Below are positions 43,810-56,891 of a stretch of 64,000 bases of DNA, one piece after another. Source of the DNA: Eledone cirrhosa. Its lineage: Eukaryota. Location of the stretch: positions 189,038,001 through 189,102,000 of the forward strand of contig OZ024740.1 in NCBI GenBank assembly GCA_964016885.1, in the 5' to 3' direction. Position 1 is the first letter of the stretch. The number at the start of each line of letters is the position of its first letter. The translations under genes were made by a program, and so were the position numbers. Below the pieces are notes generated by a model. That model had not been told where the DNA came from. It saw only the letters and a list, made by a program, of their open reading frames with translations, and searched no databases.

Positions 43810-44310
43810 ATAACAATCATCATTTTCACATCTGTTTTTCCATGCTTGGATGGTTCTTTCTCAGAATAGCATCTCTCCCCTTGCTGCATTTCTTTGTCTT
43901 CTCCTCTATGAGACTCAGTGATTTGAGGTCAACTCTCACCAAGTCTGCCCAGGTCTTTCTTGGTCTACTTCTACTGCAATTTTCTTCCACTGGCATTTCC
44001 TGGCACTTTTTCACCTACTGGTCATCATCCATGCATATCACATGTCTGTACCAATGCAGTCTTCTCTTCTGCACACCTTCTCAGATTCCTCTTGAAACCA
44101 GTTTCTCCCTCAGTTCATCCAATCATGCCTTTCTATCACATTTATATTGAACATCCAACAAAGCATTGGTTCTTCATTTCTCTCCAGTCTACGCATGTCT
44201 TCTGAAGTCACTGCCCATGTTTCACTACCATGCAGCACCACACTTCACACACAGGCATAATACAGTTGTTCTTTTGTATGTAGGGTGAAACCTTTTGCTG
44301 TCAACATGTA
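43810..44310 (-). mobile_element. Old RTE 3' fragment; a similar decayed copy lies at ~49600-50010
   Basis: ORF ..RSRPRKTWADLVRVDLK. Confidence 0.7.
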
Positions 44311-44427
44311 TATATATATATATATATATATAATAATATATATATATTTATACACACATACATATATATACATACATATATATACATATATATATATACA
44401 TACATATATATCTATATATATATATAT

Positions 44428-44830
44428 AAGCAGAAGGGATATTCAATTTGGTGGTAATTCAACAAATAAAAATGTTTATAACTGATTCAGAGCACTTGAC
44501 AGGTTTTCTGGTGTATAATATTCAATGATATTAAATAAATGGAAACTATATTTATAAAACCATATTTATTCTATTATATATATTTCAAGGGTACCAAAAC
44601 TTTGGTACGCTATCATCAGATAAAATACGAAGTGCGTTTTATAAGTTATCCAAGGAAAACTTGAACCGTTAAGGTATATTTTCCTTGGTTATGTCAAAAT
44701 TTATAAAACACACTTCGTATTTTATCTGATGATAGCGTACCAAAGTTTTGGTACTCTTGAAATATATATAATAGAATAAATATGGTTTTATAAATATAGT
44801 TTCCATTTATTTAATATCATTGAATATATA
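44428..44830. mobile_element. Fold-back PLE element (family A) with hammerheads on both strands: 44567-44627(-) and 44718-44778(+)
   Basis: Arms ~44516-44644 and 44701-44830; TATTTTAT-CTGATGA-TAGCGTACCAAA/TTTGGTAC..-GAAA-TATATA-TA^ATAGAATA; TA flanks. Confidence 0.85.
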
Positions 44831-44947
44831 TATATTATATATATATATGTATATATATACTATAAAGTATGTCCATAGAATCATTTGATAATATATATAC
44901 ACCATTTCCTCTCCCAATTAGCATAATTAACCACACAAAAAACCAAT

Positions 44948-44983
<36 letters not shown>

Positions 44984-45061
44984 TGGCGAAGAGTAACCTA
45001 GAAGTGCAGCCTTACACCCCAATTCCCTCTAAATGACCCTCCCGGTCAAAGCTGCATGTAG

Positions 45062-45236
45062 TGTTATCTTGTGTGTGTGTGTGTGTTATCTTTTTATGTG
45101 TCTACGATTTAGTAAGCAGCCAAAATTCTGCTTGCTTTAAACGATGCTGTCGTGTGTTTGTGTGTATGTGTGTTTGTGTGTGTGTTATCTTTTTATGTGT
45201 CTACGATTTAGTAAGCAGCCAAAATTCTGCTTGTTT
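45062..45236. repeat. Tandem duplication, 2 copies of a ~100-bp unit
   Basis: GTGTTATCTTTTTATGTGTCTACGATTTAGTAAGCAGCCAAAATTCTGCTTG occurs twice. Confidence 0.85.
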
Positions 45237-45906
45237 CAACCGACGCAATTGATCAACTCAAGATTCTATAACGCATACACTGCATGCTTTGCATGCATGC
45301 ACCCTTTGCCCCTGATATATATATATATATTTACACACACATTTATATTTATGTACACACATGTACATATCAGGTAGCCATATATGCATGTACACACCTA
45401 TACATATCACGTCACCAAGATCAAGAAGGAACCCAGTATTAAAAAAAAGCAAGAAATAGAACCACACTGACCATCCTAGGAAGAGATAGGTTATATATCA
45501 TTTACCATTATAGAATCAAAGTTTATATTGTGGGCAAAACCCTAGTTGAAAATTCTATAATTCAAAAGACTTGGGAGTTAATCAATTTGAAAATTAAGAA
45601 ATTGGGATATTTGTATTGTTTGGAATGTTGTTAGTGGATAAGAACATATGCAAACAAACAGTGGATAAGAACATATGCAAACAAACAGCAAAATTGTTGA
45701 GTTAGTGATGGTCTGTTTAAACAAAAATTCATTTAAAAATAAATACTGAAATGTGTATCAGGGTGGTGGTGCTATGAAGTGAAATCTAATATTATAGACG
45801 TTGAGCATTTGGCAGGGAAACATTATTGTGTGTATGTGTATAAAGCTGTCTTCATTACTGATTAACAAAAGCATGAACTCTGACCAACTGGGTTTAATTT
45901 TTTTCA

Positions 45907-46053
45907 TCATCTCATTTCTACAGCTGAGCAAACTCGAGCAATGTGAAATAAAGTGACTTGCTCAAGGAAACAACACATCACCCGGTCTGAGAATTGAACT
46001 AACAACCTTTTGATTGCAATGTCAATGCTCTAACCACTAAGCCATGTGCCTCC
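45907..46053 (-). mobile_element. Family 1 SINE, 5' portion; another copy at 47647-47903(-)
   Basis: Reverse complement of 27594-27740. Confidence 0.85.
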
Positions 46054-46080
46054 ATATATATATATATATATATATATATA

Positions 46081-47532
46081 TCATCATCATCATCATCATG
46101 CTTGCATGGGTTTGGACGGGGGTATTTCTCATGGACGGGGGTATTTCTCATGGACGGGGGTATTTCTCACTTGAGGCAAGAGTGATTGTCTTGCTCGCAT
46201 AGGACTGTCTGGCGGGTTTTCTACAGCTGGATGTCCTTCCTAACACCAACCACATTTACAGTGTGGGGCAGGGAGGTTTTTACCATGTTGCCTACACGGC
46301 CACATTACAGCGTGGACTGTCTGGCGGGTTTTCTATGGCTGGATGCCCTTCCTAACACCAACCACATTTACAGTGTGGGGCTGGGAGGTTTTTACCGTGT
46401 TGCCTACACGGCCACATTACAGCGTGGACTGTGTGTTTTTTTGTCGTGACACCTACACGATCTCATTTGTTTCGGCCTGGATGTTGTGGCACCAACATAA
46501 CTTTACATTGAAAGGGGCGGTGTGGATGGGGTGGTGGTGGTGGGACGGGGGTGTATTTTGTTAGAGATGCCTACTGACTGTAGTAGGTTTTACTTTGTAT
46601 TTAGGTAAGGCGGGTCTTCTCTATTACTGAGTACCACCAAAGGTCTCGGTCCAGTGACATTGTCTTGGAGAGGTGTAAGTGTGTGAGGTCGAAATTTATC
46701 AGCTCGTCCCAGGTTTTTCTGGGTCTGCCTACTCCGTGGCTACCGTCTATCTTTATCGCCCTGCACTTTGTTATACAGCTATCGTCTTTCATGCGCATCA
46801 CGTGACCATACCAACGTAGCCTTCTCTCGAGTAAACAACATCTGATCCCTCTTATTTCTAATTTTTTCCTTAGTTCGTTTATGCTTTGCCGTTCACGTAT
46901 ATTACTATTACACATCCAGCGGAGCATGCAAGCTTCGTTTCTCTCTAGTCTGCATATATCCTCTGCACACAATGCCCAGGTCTCACTGCCATGCAACATT
47001 GCTGTTCGTATGCAGGCATCATACAACCTGCCTTTCATTATTTGGGAGAACCCTTTAGCGGCTAATAGTGGTATAAGCTCTCTGAACTTTTTCCATCCAG
47101 TTCTGACTCTAGCTACTGTACTTCAGTACTGCTGATTTTGTCACCCAGGTAACGGAAGCTGTCCACTATTTCTATAGAACCCTCTGCGCAGTTGAAAGAG
47201 CTAGTATTTTGTGGGCACTTGCTGCTACTTATTGCACCAGAGCACCGGCCGCATGTAAAATCTATGTTCTTAGTTAGCTTACCTGTGATCCCACTACATC
47301 TTTTATGCACCCATACTTTGCATTTGGGACACAAAATGGAGTTTCTACCTACGCCTTTCCTACACACTGAGCATGGTCATTTCCCGGAAGGGACCGCCGC
47401 CTTATTTTCTTTCTTACAAACTAGCCAGGTTAATTTTAAGGCCTTTTGATTCTAGGCCGTGCTTCCATGTTTGGAATTTCTTCTCTAGCTCGGCCATTGA
47501 TTCAGCTGAGTGTTAGGTCATCTGCGTATAGG

Positions 47533-47536
<4 letters not shown>
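46081..47536 (-). mobile_element. 5'-truncated RTE LINE copy (same family as 3733-6390) with small deletions
   Basis: Starts at ELLYADDL; includes the PHD-like finger, C-terminus, 3' UTR and (GAT)n tail; TA flanks. Confidence 0.93.
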
Positions 47537-47573
<37 letters not shown>

Positions 47574-47903
47574 TTATATATATAAATATAAATATATATG
47601 GAGGCACATGGCTTAGTGGTTATATATATAAATATATATATATATATCATCAGCATTTTACGTCCGCTTTTCTCTGGCTTGATTTCTACAGCTGGATGCT
47701 CTTCCTAACACCAACCTCATTTACAGTGAGTGCTGGGTGCTTTCTTTTACATGACACCTCCACGGCCACTTTGCAGCTGAGTTAACTGGAGCAATGTGAA
47801 ATAAAGTGTCTTGATCAAGGAAACAACACATCACCTGGTCTGAGAATTGAACTCACAACCTTTCGATTACAAGGCCAATGGTCTAACCACTAAGCCATGT
47901 GCC

Positions 47904-48096
<193 letters not shown>

Positions 48097-48137
48097 AAGA
48101 ACACAAGAGCGTCTACAACATCAAAAGATTTTTATTG

Positions 48138-48182
48138 GCTTACAATGTTTCTTTCTTACGTAACCGTAGGGTTCGTCAGAGC
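48138..48182 (-). ncRNA. Hammerhead motif in a short element (48093-48285) between TA tracts
   Basis: GCT-CTGACGA-ACCC-TACG(GTTA)CGTA-AGAAA-GAAA-CATTG-TA^AGC-CAATAAA; base of helix II is degenerate. Confidence 0.6.
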
Positions 48183-48305
48183 TATGAAAGGGGTTTGATT
48201 GGTGTTATGGACTCTACCAACCAAACATTCAAGAACAGAGAGTAAAGAGCAAAAGTAGGGGACGATATATACGACATAACCTAAGTATATATATATATAT
48301 ATATA

Positions 48306-49160
48306 GAAACGTAGTCTATAGCATAAGATGTACAGAGAGTACCTGCAGAAACATGACAACAACATACATAGGCGAGACAGCTCGTAGCATAGGTGAAAGC
48401 ATAGACCAACACTGGGGGGAACTAAAAGGGTGAAAAAACGGGTCAGTACTATACGAACATGCCAGACAACAACACAGCGGTAACATAGACAACATAGAAA
48501 TTAGAATAATATCTAAACATAGAAATGACCCAGCAGATAGGCAAATCAGAGAGGCCAGTGAAATAGAACTTAGAAGGCCAAGACTAAACAGAAAGAATGA
48601 ATGGAATAACAACAACACCCAAACAAACAACACTGACCTAAGAGAAGTATAAATAAATAAATAAATAAATAAATAAATACATACACAAGAACAATAACAA
48701 CAAACACATATAAACACACACTAGTAAAGATAGAATACATAGAATACAATCACGAACACACATCAAACAAAACACTATACACACACGCAAACGCATGCGC
48801 AAGAAGAGAAAATAAAATAAACAAACAAACAAATAAATAAATAAATAAATAAATATATAGACAGACTAAATAAAATAAAAATGGCGTAGACATACAATGT
48901 AACGGGAGGAAACAATAGCACCACTGACGATGTTGCAGATGTGCAACGAAAGAACTTTGATAAACTATATATATGTGTTTGTGTCTATATTGTATGTGTG
49001 TTATTTTTGACCGTCGGTCAGTCAATGGCAACATTGAGGACCGAATAATTTAGATTACCGATATAAAAGACACAGAAGCGAAAACCAACCAAACAGTGAG
49101 TGTGTTCTGTTATTAATTCTGGCAATATTACACAAATATGACCCTCCCCAAGTATAACAA
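48306..49160 (+). mobile_element. Penelope-like element 3' fragment: GIY-YIG endonuclease remnant, 3' UTR and hammerhead at 48921-48960
   Basis: Translates YSIRCTESTC..TYIGETARS..RQIREASEIELRRPRLNRKNEW with one in-frame stop; CCA-CTGACGA-T-GTTGCA(GATG)TGCAAC-GAAA. Confidence 0.85.
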
Positions 49161-49183
49161 TATATATATATATATATTATATA

Positions 49184-49227
<44 letters not shown>

Positions 49228-50557
49228 TTAGGGTTTGAGGAGAGGCTAAAGGTTACAGAATTTGGCAATTGTACAGAGACAATATAGGGTTTGAGAGGAC
49301 TCTTAGTGCTGACACCACAATAAAATGTAACCAGTACATTGTAAATAGGTAGTATGGTTTATAATGTGGTTGGCATTAGGAAGCGCATAGAGCCATAGAA
49401 ATCATGTCAAATGTTGAATGTACTGGTCAAATGGGATTGCTTCAATCCGTCTCTTCTCAGAACATGATACTCTGCCCACCCATTCCAGCATGGAAAGTGG
49501 ACATACAATGATGATGATATATATATATATATTTACACACAGGCACACAGAGAGAACACACAAAATGCACATACACACAAACATCCACATGTACTCATGA
49601 TCATCATCGTCGTCACAGTTTTATGTTCATCTTTCTATGCTTGCATGGGGGTTGGACAGGTCTTCTTCCACTTGTTGCACTTCTTCATCTCCTCCTCTGT
49701 GAGATTCAGTGATTTGAGATCAGCTCTCATCAATTCTACATATGTCTTCCTCTTCTGCAGTTTTGTTCCTTAGGATCTCTTGATACTTCTCCCAATGATT
49801 ATCATCCATACACATCATATTCCTATACCATTACTTTCTTCTCTCTTGCATGCAATATCTGATTCATCTTATATTTAGTTTTTCTCACAGCTCCCACATG
49901 CTTCTTCATTCATGCACATTAAGATAACACATCCATCAGAATATGCTCCTTGTATTTCTACCTGATCCTCGCATATTATCAGCATTCATTGCCTATGTCT
50001 CACTGCCTTTGATCCTCACATTACAGTCCATTGGCAAACTTCCTACTTTCAATTTCTCTATTTGCTATGTAAAACTGTTGTGTAGCCTGTTTTAGCTAAA
50101 TGATATTACTCTTTGTTGCTTCCATCTTTCCTGTCTTTTCTGTCTGTCACTTTAATGGTTCTATTTTCAGTGTTGTTGCTTCACTCGTTCACCTTTCATC
50201 TAACTGTTATCTTGCTCCAGTCATATGACTCATCATTAGCTTGGACCAGTTAGCTACATAGAAATTTCCAATTGTCCTTTGTCAGATATCATCTGTTACA
50301 TATCATCTGTTACTTATCTAAATCTATATTTCATCAAGAGGTTGGTTGGTTTCCTGAATGTCCTGTGTTTCTGTTTCTATTTGGTTCTTATTCTGATGTC
50401 ATTAAGAACTAGTTTATGTAGGTGGTGCATTCTTCTTCAGGGAAAGACTTAGTATTCACAATCATATATCCTGTTTTCTAACAACAAGCATGAAATTAAT
50501 CTGGTTTATGTGGTCATCTGATTGGTATATATATATGTGTATGTATGTGTATATGTA

Positions 50558-51460
50558 CGAGGGCAATCCCAAAAGTAAGGTCTCCAAAGTGATGGGGATG
50601 CAGAGAATCTGTTCGTACGGCTGTTGGCAACACTGTTGTGATTGGCGCTTCCTTCACCCCCAAACAAGCATGCACGCGCTTCGCTGGGATGCTCAATCTT
50701 GGCTTGGCAGCTGTTGAGAATGGAGCTCCCATTGAATGCTACCGCGAAGTTCGCGCAGTTATTCGGTTTTTGAACGCAAAAGGCATTGAACCGATTGAAA
50801 TTCATCGCCAATTGACGGAAGTGTATGGACAGTTGTGCATGGATGTCAAAATCGATCGCAAGTGGTGTAGAGAGTTTACAGCCGGTCGTACTGAAATTCA
50901 CGATGAACAAAAGAGCGGGAGACCATCAATTTCCGACGAGACAGTCACAATTTTTCCATTAAAATCCTGTGGATGGTGCTTCGGGAAACCTCAGGAGCCA
51001 AAATGCAGAGAGCATCCAGAGTGATCCGCCGATCTTTATGCATGTTTTCCTCAAGCTTTGCGACCTTCTCGTCAGAAATTGATGGTCTCCCACTCCTTTG
51101 TTCGTCGTGAATTTCAGTACGACCAGCTGTAAACTCTCTACACCACTTGCGAACGTTTTTTTTTACATCCATGCATGACTGTCCATACACTTCCATCAAT
51201 TGGTGATGAATTTCAATCAGTTCAACACTTTTTGCGTTCAAAAACCGAATAACTGCGTGAACTTTGCACTTGGTGGTAGTGTTCAACAGGAGCTCCATTC
51301 TCAACGGCTGCCAAGCCAAGATTGAGCATCCTAGTGAAGCACGCGCATGCTTATTTGGGAGTGAAGGAAGCACCAACCACAACAGTGTTGCCAACAGCCG
51401 TACAAACAGTTTCTCTATGTTCCCATCACTTTGGAGACCTTACTTTTGGGATTGCCCTCG
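50558..51460. mobile_element. Mariner-family fold-back element made of two inverted 5' ends, with TA TSD
   Basis: TA|CGAGGGCAATCCCAAAAGTAAGGTCTCCAAAGTGATGGG at both ends; both arms encode the transposase N-terminal HTH (AVIRFLNAK..RKWCREFTAGRTEIHDEQ.SGRPS); no DDD domain. Confidence 0.9.
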
Positions 51461-51584
51461 TATGTGTGTGTGTGTTTGTGTGTCATCATCATTGTTTAAT
51501 GTCCATTTTCCATGCTTGCATGTCATGAGACATGTCTGGCCAGTTGGCTACACCATACTCTGTTCATAATGGAACCATAGTTTG

Positions 51585-52840
51585 GGAGCCAAGTGATATG
51601 TAAATATATATGATTCATGTGTGCCAGGATGCTTGCATTTCTGGAAAGCCAATGGCAACCGGGAATGATAATCCCAATTTTCAAAAAGGGAGACAAGAGA
51701 GATTCGTCCAATTACATAGGGATCTCCTTGTTAAGCCTCTCTGGTAAAGTCTATGTTAAGTGTCTGGTGAAGAGATGCAGGGAGATTGTTGTGTCCAAGC
51801 TAGCTGAGGAAGAGTATGGTTTTCGCGCTGGATGCAGCAGAGTTGACCAAATATTCACACCATGGCAGGTATTCGAGAAATTGTGGGAGTAATGCCAAGA
51901 AGTGTATTCTTGTTTTGTTAATCTTGAGAAGGCATATGACCACATTCCTTGGGATCTGCTGTAGAAGGTTGTGCAGGAGTATGGGATTGATGGTCAGCTT
52001 CTTGCTGCCGAGATACACATGCCCGAGTATTTGTGTTGAGATAATCGTGCTAAATCAAACCGATTCAATGTGGAAGTTGGGCTTCGCCAAGGATGTGTAC
52101 TGTCACTTCTCCTGATCATTATTTACATGAACAGGATTGACATGCGCAGCTGGGTTGGAAGTGGTATCATGATTGGCGGGTGTGAAATCACTTGGCTGGT
52201 ATTTGCAGACAACATGGTGTTACAGAACTCGCCAAAAGGTGATCTGTGACTTGCACTTCATAAGTTTGATGACGAGTGCTGCACGGCTGGAATGAAAATC
52301 AGTGCTGTGAAAACTGAGACACTCGTCCTCTCAAGGAAGTTTGCGTAGTGCACCCTACATGTGGATGGAGTTCCACAGAAGCAGGTAGAGAAGTTCAAGT
52401 ATCTTGGGGCTGTGTTCACGAGTGATGGAAGGCATGAGGCTCAATTAAGTGCAATAATTGCAGTAGCTGGTGCAGTAATGAGGTTTTTCCAAAGGTTTTG
52501 GGAGTAAAGTTACTCAATAACTCAGAGATCAGAGAGTCATTCCAGGTTTAGCCACTACTTCTACGAATTGAGAGATCACAACCCTGATTCTATGGGCAGG
52601 TGGTTAGAATGTCTCAGGAAAGAATCGCTGGACAGATTTTACGGGCAAAACCAAGCAGCAGGGGACCCAGAGGAAGACCCCGAGCAAGATGGTTAGATAA
52701 AATCCACAAGCTTGGCTTGGTCATGCTTGGGGATCCAGCTGGATTAGTTGGAGTTTGTTGCATCTGACAGGACTCGCTGGAAGGAGTGTTTGAGGACTCT
52801 GCTCCCATTACCCTCTTAGGAATAAGTAGGTGAAGAAGAA
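51585..52840 (+). mobile_element. Decayed RTE LINE (second family): RT region to (GAA)n tail
   Basis: IIPIFKKGDKRDSSNYIGISLLS, YGFR, LEKAYD, FADN, FKYLG, RGRPRARW; contains stops and frameshifts. Confidence 0.85.
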
Positions 52841-53194
52841 GATATATATGTACGTGCATATATATATGTATATATATAAGCAATATGTATATATATTATA
52901 ATATATAGGTAATATGTTCGTCACTCTGGTGGTTTTTGATCCCATATGAGTGAACACATATCTCTATATCTCTATGTGTACTTCTTTCTATATGTTGATA
53001 TATATAGGAAAAGTAAATAATAACAACAAGGAGTACAGTAACGAAAGGTGTTCACGCTTGTATGTATATATGTGTATGTATGTATATATTTATATATGTG
53101 TGTGTATATATGTGTGTGTATATATGTGTGTGTATATGTATATATATGTATGTATGCATGTATGTATATATGTATTTGAGTGTGTATTGGTTAG

Positions 53195-53540
53195 TTACTG
53201 ACACTTCAGTATGCAGGTTAGAGCACTGAATGAAGTGTGCAAGTCAACAGGTTAAAATTAACTTTATATTCACTGTTAAATATACTTTTGTGATAAGCAT
53301 TATTCAACAGCTATGACCTCATCAGACAGCTAGAAGTTGAACAGAAAAAAACAGAAAAACAAAATGATGCAACAAAGTTTGCCTCTGTTATTTTGAATTT
53401 TTGATATGCCCAGTCGCGAAGTTTTTTCTGTTGAAGGTCTAGCTGTCTGATGAGGTCATAGCTGTTGAATAATGGTTATAACCGAAATATATATAACAGC
53501 GAATATGGATAAACAAAGTTAATTTTAACCTGTTGACTTA
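53195..53540. mobile_element. Fold-back PLE element (family B) with a hammerhead at 53442-53500(+) and a decayed mirror copy
   Basis: GCTGT-CTGATGA-GGTCATAGC..GTTATAACC-GAAA-TATATA-TA^ACAGC; tail 53200-53245 matches the reverse complement of 58685-58730. Confidence 0.8.
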
Positions 53541-54754
53541 GACTTTTTGTTTTTGTATGTATATATATACGTATATGTGTGTGTGTATATATATCATCAT
53601 CATCTTCGTTTAACGTCCATCTTCCACGCTAGCATATATAGTATATATATGTATATATATACACTCACACACACACACATATATATATTTACAATTAATT
53701 TATTCATTTATAACTATACAGTTAACTGTCTCTAATATGTAAACATCTCAATGAGAGGGTAATATATATTAATAAATCATCTACTCAGAGAAGTATTAAA
53801 ATGTATTAAACTTAAGCCAAAATCTTATTTTGGGGGAAAATATACGCCAAAGAAAAGTTGGTTTTAATTTACATAATACACCAACCATGGTTTCTGGAAC
53901 TCAAGATACAATATTGGCAGTTGCAAGACATTAGGTATAATCAATATTGGAAGAATTTAAATTCCTTCTTAGGAATAAAGGGACAAATTGAAAATATATC
54001 ATATGATTTTGTTGCTAGACCCTATGGTGAACAAGGTGTGGTATCACTGAATTACTATATGAATATAGTCCACCCAAGTGGACAAGTTGAATATATATAT
54101 CATACATAGCATGATGTTGGTAGACTCCATGGTGAGTAACATGTTGCAATGCTGGATTACTGTATGAATATTTCCCACTTAATGTATTAGTGCAATATGA
54201 CAGGCTTATATTGTTGCTGGAAATAGCAGCAAAAACTGTCTAAATCAGCTCAATAATGATTGAGCAGTCAATATTAATTTATAACTCTATAAAGTTAATT
54301 GTTTCTAATATGTACACATCTCAATGAAAGGTTAAGTAAGATATATTAATAAATTATCTACTCAGAGAAGTATTAAAATATATGTATATATATATATATA
54401 TATATGATGGCTGCAAACTCTGCTAAGATTATTGTAATCACTTGTCAGATTACAGAAAATGGTACACTTATAGGCTATGCCCAGGCACACAAACCATTAA
54501 TTAACATATCCTGAACAAGCAGTGCCTGTGCTTTGAAGGTTTTTAAGTGGGGAAAGGCCTTGCACTCGACCAATCCCACTCCCTGACGATCGAAAACATT
54601 ACCCGAAAAGGAGAACTGGTCAACATCATCAGATGCTTCCGAAGCTGTAGGTTTTTTTCAGAGTTTCCCTCTCTTAGAAAGGTGTTGTGACAACAACTGG
54701 AGACCTTTCACTCCCAGGTGAAATATATATATATATATGTATATGTATATATAT

Positions 54755-54900
54755 AACGAAGGAAATGTGGTAAGGAACCAGGTGGACCATAACGCACCAA
54801 AGTACTCAATACTTGAGGTAGTAGAGTGGGTAATAGGAACTAGTAAGACCCCGACAGCTGAGCTCAAGCCGTTTCGACGGCTAATTCTGGACGAGGGTAT
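54755..54900 (-). mobile_element. PLE-like terminal fragment with the 3' half of a hammerhead, abutting an RTE fragment; decayed relative at 37550-37660
   Basis: Minus strand GTC-GAAA-CGGCT(TGAGCTC)AGCTG-TC^GGGG. Confidence 0.55.
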
Positions 54901-55288
54901 TCCCACTTGAGGCCAGAGTCATTGTCTTGCTCGCATAGGACTGTCGGGCAGGTTTTCTACAGTTGGATGCCCTTCCTAACACCAACCACATTTACAGTGT
55001 GGGACTGGGAGGTTTTTACCGTGTTGCCTACACGGCCACATTACAGCGTGGACTGTGTGTTTTTTTGTCGTGACACCTACACGATCTCATTTGTTTCGGC
55101 CTGGATGTTGTGGCACCAACATAACTGTATATATCATCATCATCATCATCATCATCATCACCGTTTAACGTCCGTGTTCCACGCTTGCATGGGTTTGGAC
55201 GGGGGTAGTCCCACTTGAGGCAAGAGTGATTGTCTTGCTCGCATAGGACTGTCTGGCAGGTTTTCTACAGTTGGATGCCCTTCCTAAT
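54901..55288 (-). mobile_element. Two RTE 3' UTR fragments
   Basis: Match the reverse complement of 5985-6390. Confidence 0.85.
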
Positions 55289-55424
55289 ATGCATATATAT
55301 GTATGTATATGCATGTATATATATATATATATGCATATATATGCATGTATATGCATGTATATATATATATATATATATAGTGACAAAACATAAGTCAATT
55401 GCAGGAACTCATAATCCTTTATTT

Positions 55425-55480
55425 ACTGCTATATATATTTCGATGATAGCCCTTGAATGGCTATGACCTCATCAGGCTGT
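55425..55480 (-). ncRNA. Hammerhead ribozyme motif (family B)
   Basis: ACAGC-CTGATGA-GGTCATAGCC(ATTCAAG)GGCTATCATC-GAAA-TATATA-TA^GCAGT-AAATAAA. Confidence 0.8.
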
Positions 55481-55572
55481 TCGTCAGTTCTTAGATATGC
55501 CAGGTCTGTGTTTATAGTGTTGATGGTATCAGAGCCTTGGTACATATATATATGCATGTATATATATATATG

Positions 55573-56108
55573 TTGTAGGATCTCAAATCTATCAGCAATC
55601 AGGGAGAGTTTTGATAAAGCTGCACATTACTACAACCAAGTACTCCTAGATAATGGTTTTAAGGACAAAATGAAATACACAACCAATTATTCCCAAGTCA
55701 ACCATACTAAAAATTCTAACAGAAAAAATGAATTATCTAGTTCACACCCCTTTTAACCCTTAAAGGAAAGAGTAATGTAAGTAAGAAGTTTTTAGATTTA
55801 ATAGATAGACATTTCCCACCACAACATATATACAGTAAAATATTAAATTGCAATTCCCTCAAGATATGCTAGTCCTCTGGCCTGGCTATGTGATCAAAGT
55901 TTACTGCAAAGAATATACCGGATGTAAATTTAAGCAGCTCATGTAGGATAAATAGAGCTGCCCTCTTCAACAGAAATGTAATGTCAAATCCATTGTGTAT
56001 GGGGCACACATACCACAAAAAGTTTTGAAGTTAACAAAAGATATGTTGGTGTGGTGCAAGATTGTTTAAATCAACGTTTTTACTCACATCTCCACTCCTT
56101 TAGGAATA
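55573..56108 (+). pseudogene. Penelope-like (Naiad-type) RT thumb, linker and GIY-YIG remnant
   Basis: RISNLS..FDKAAHYYNQVL, KKFLDLIDRHFP, SCPLQQKCNVKSIVY, KRYVG..QRFYSHLHSFRN across frameshifts. Confidence 0.8.
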
Positions 56109-56440
56109 ATTTTACTGCTATTAATATCATTTTCCATATTTTGTAGCTGGAAAATATTCTGCTATTTGTTCTTCCCACCTCACTTAATGATGTAATTCTC
56201 CTTGCATATATTTTGCTTATATCAAGCTTTATCTCCACGTGCTATTGTTACCTCTTTCTATTTTCTAAAGGCAATATTTGTATGTAATTCTGCGTCCACA
56301 GATTGATATTTCTCAGATTGTAATGATACTGCTTAGGGGGAAAGCAGAAATTGTTTGTTTAATCATTTCATCTGTAAGAATACACACATACACACACACA
56401 CATATATATATGTATTATGTATATATACATATGTATGTGC

Positions 56441-56508
<68 letters not shown>

Positions 56509-56672
56509 GTGTGTATATATATATGTGTATATATATGAGGTATATGTATATACATGTATATGTATATATATATATATGTGTGTATATATATATGTGTATA
56601 TGTATGAGGTATATGTATATATATGTATATGTATATATATATGTATATGTATATATATATGTATATGTATAT

Positions 56673-56703
<31 letters not shown>

Positions 56704-56857
56704 CATAGTTTAATGGATTAAGGAAACCAAGAGTCAGATGAGCTATTGAGTCGGGCCCCATCAATACTTATTACACATTGAGCTGATCAATCACTAAATG
56801 GGCATCACGCCTGAATAAACTCAATGATGATACTTTCACACCTCATTCTTACTTCTT

Positions 56858-56891
<34 letters not shown>

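Noticed and set aside
54582-54610. CTGACGA..CCGAAA hammerhead-like motif
   Set aside because: Helices I-III do not pair convincingly
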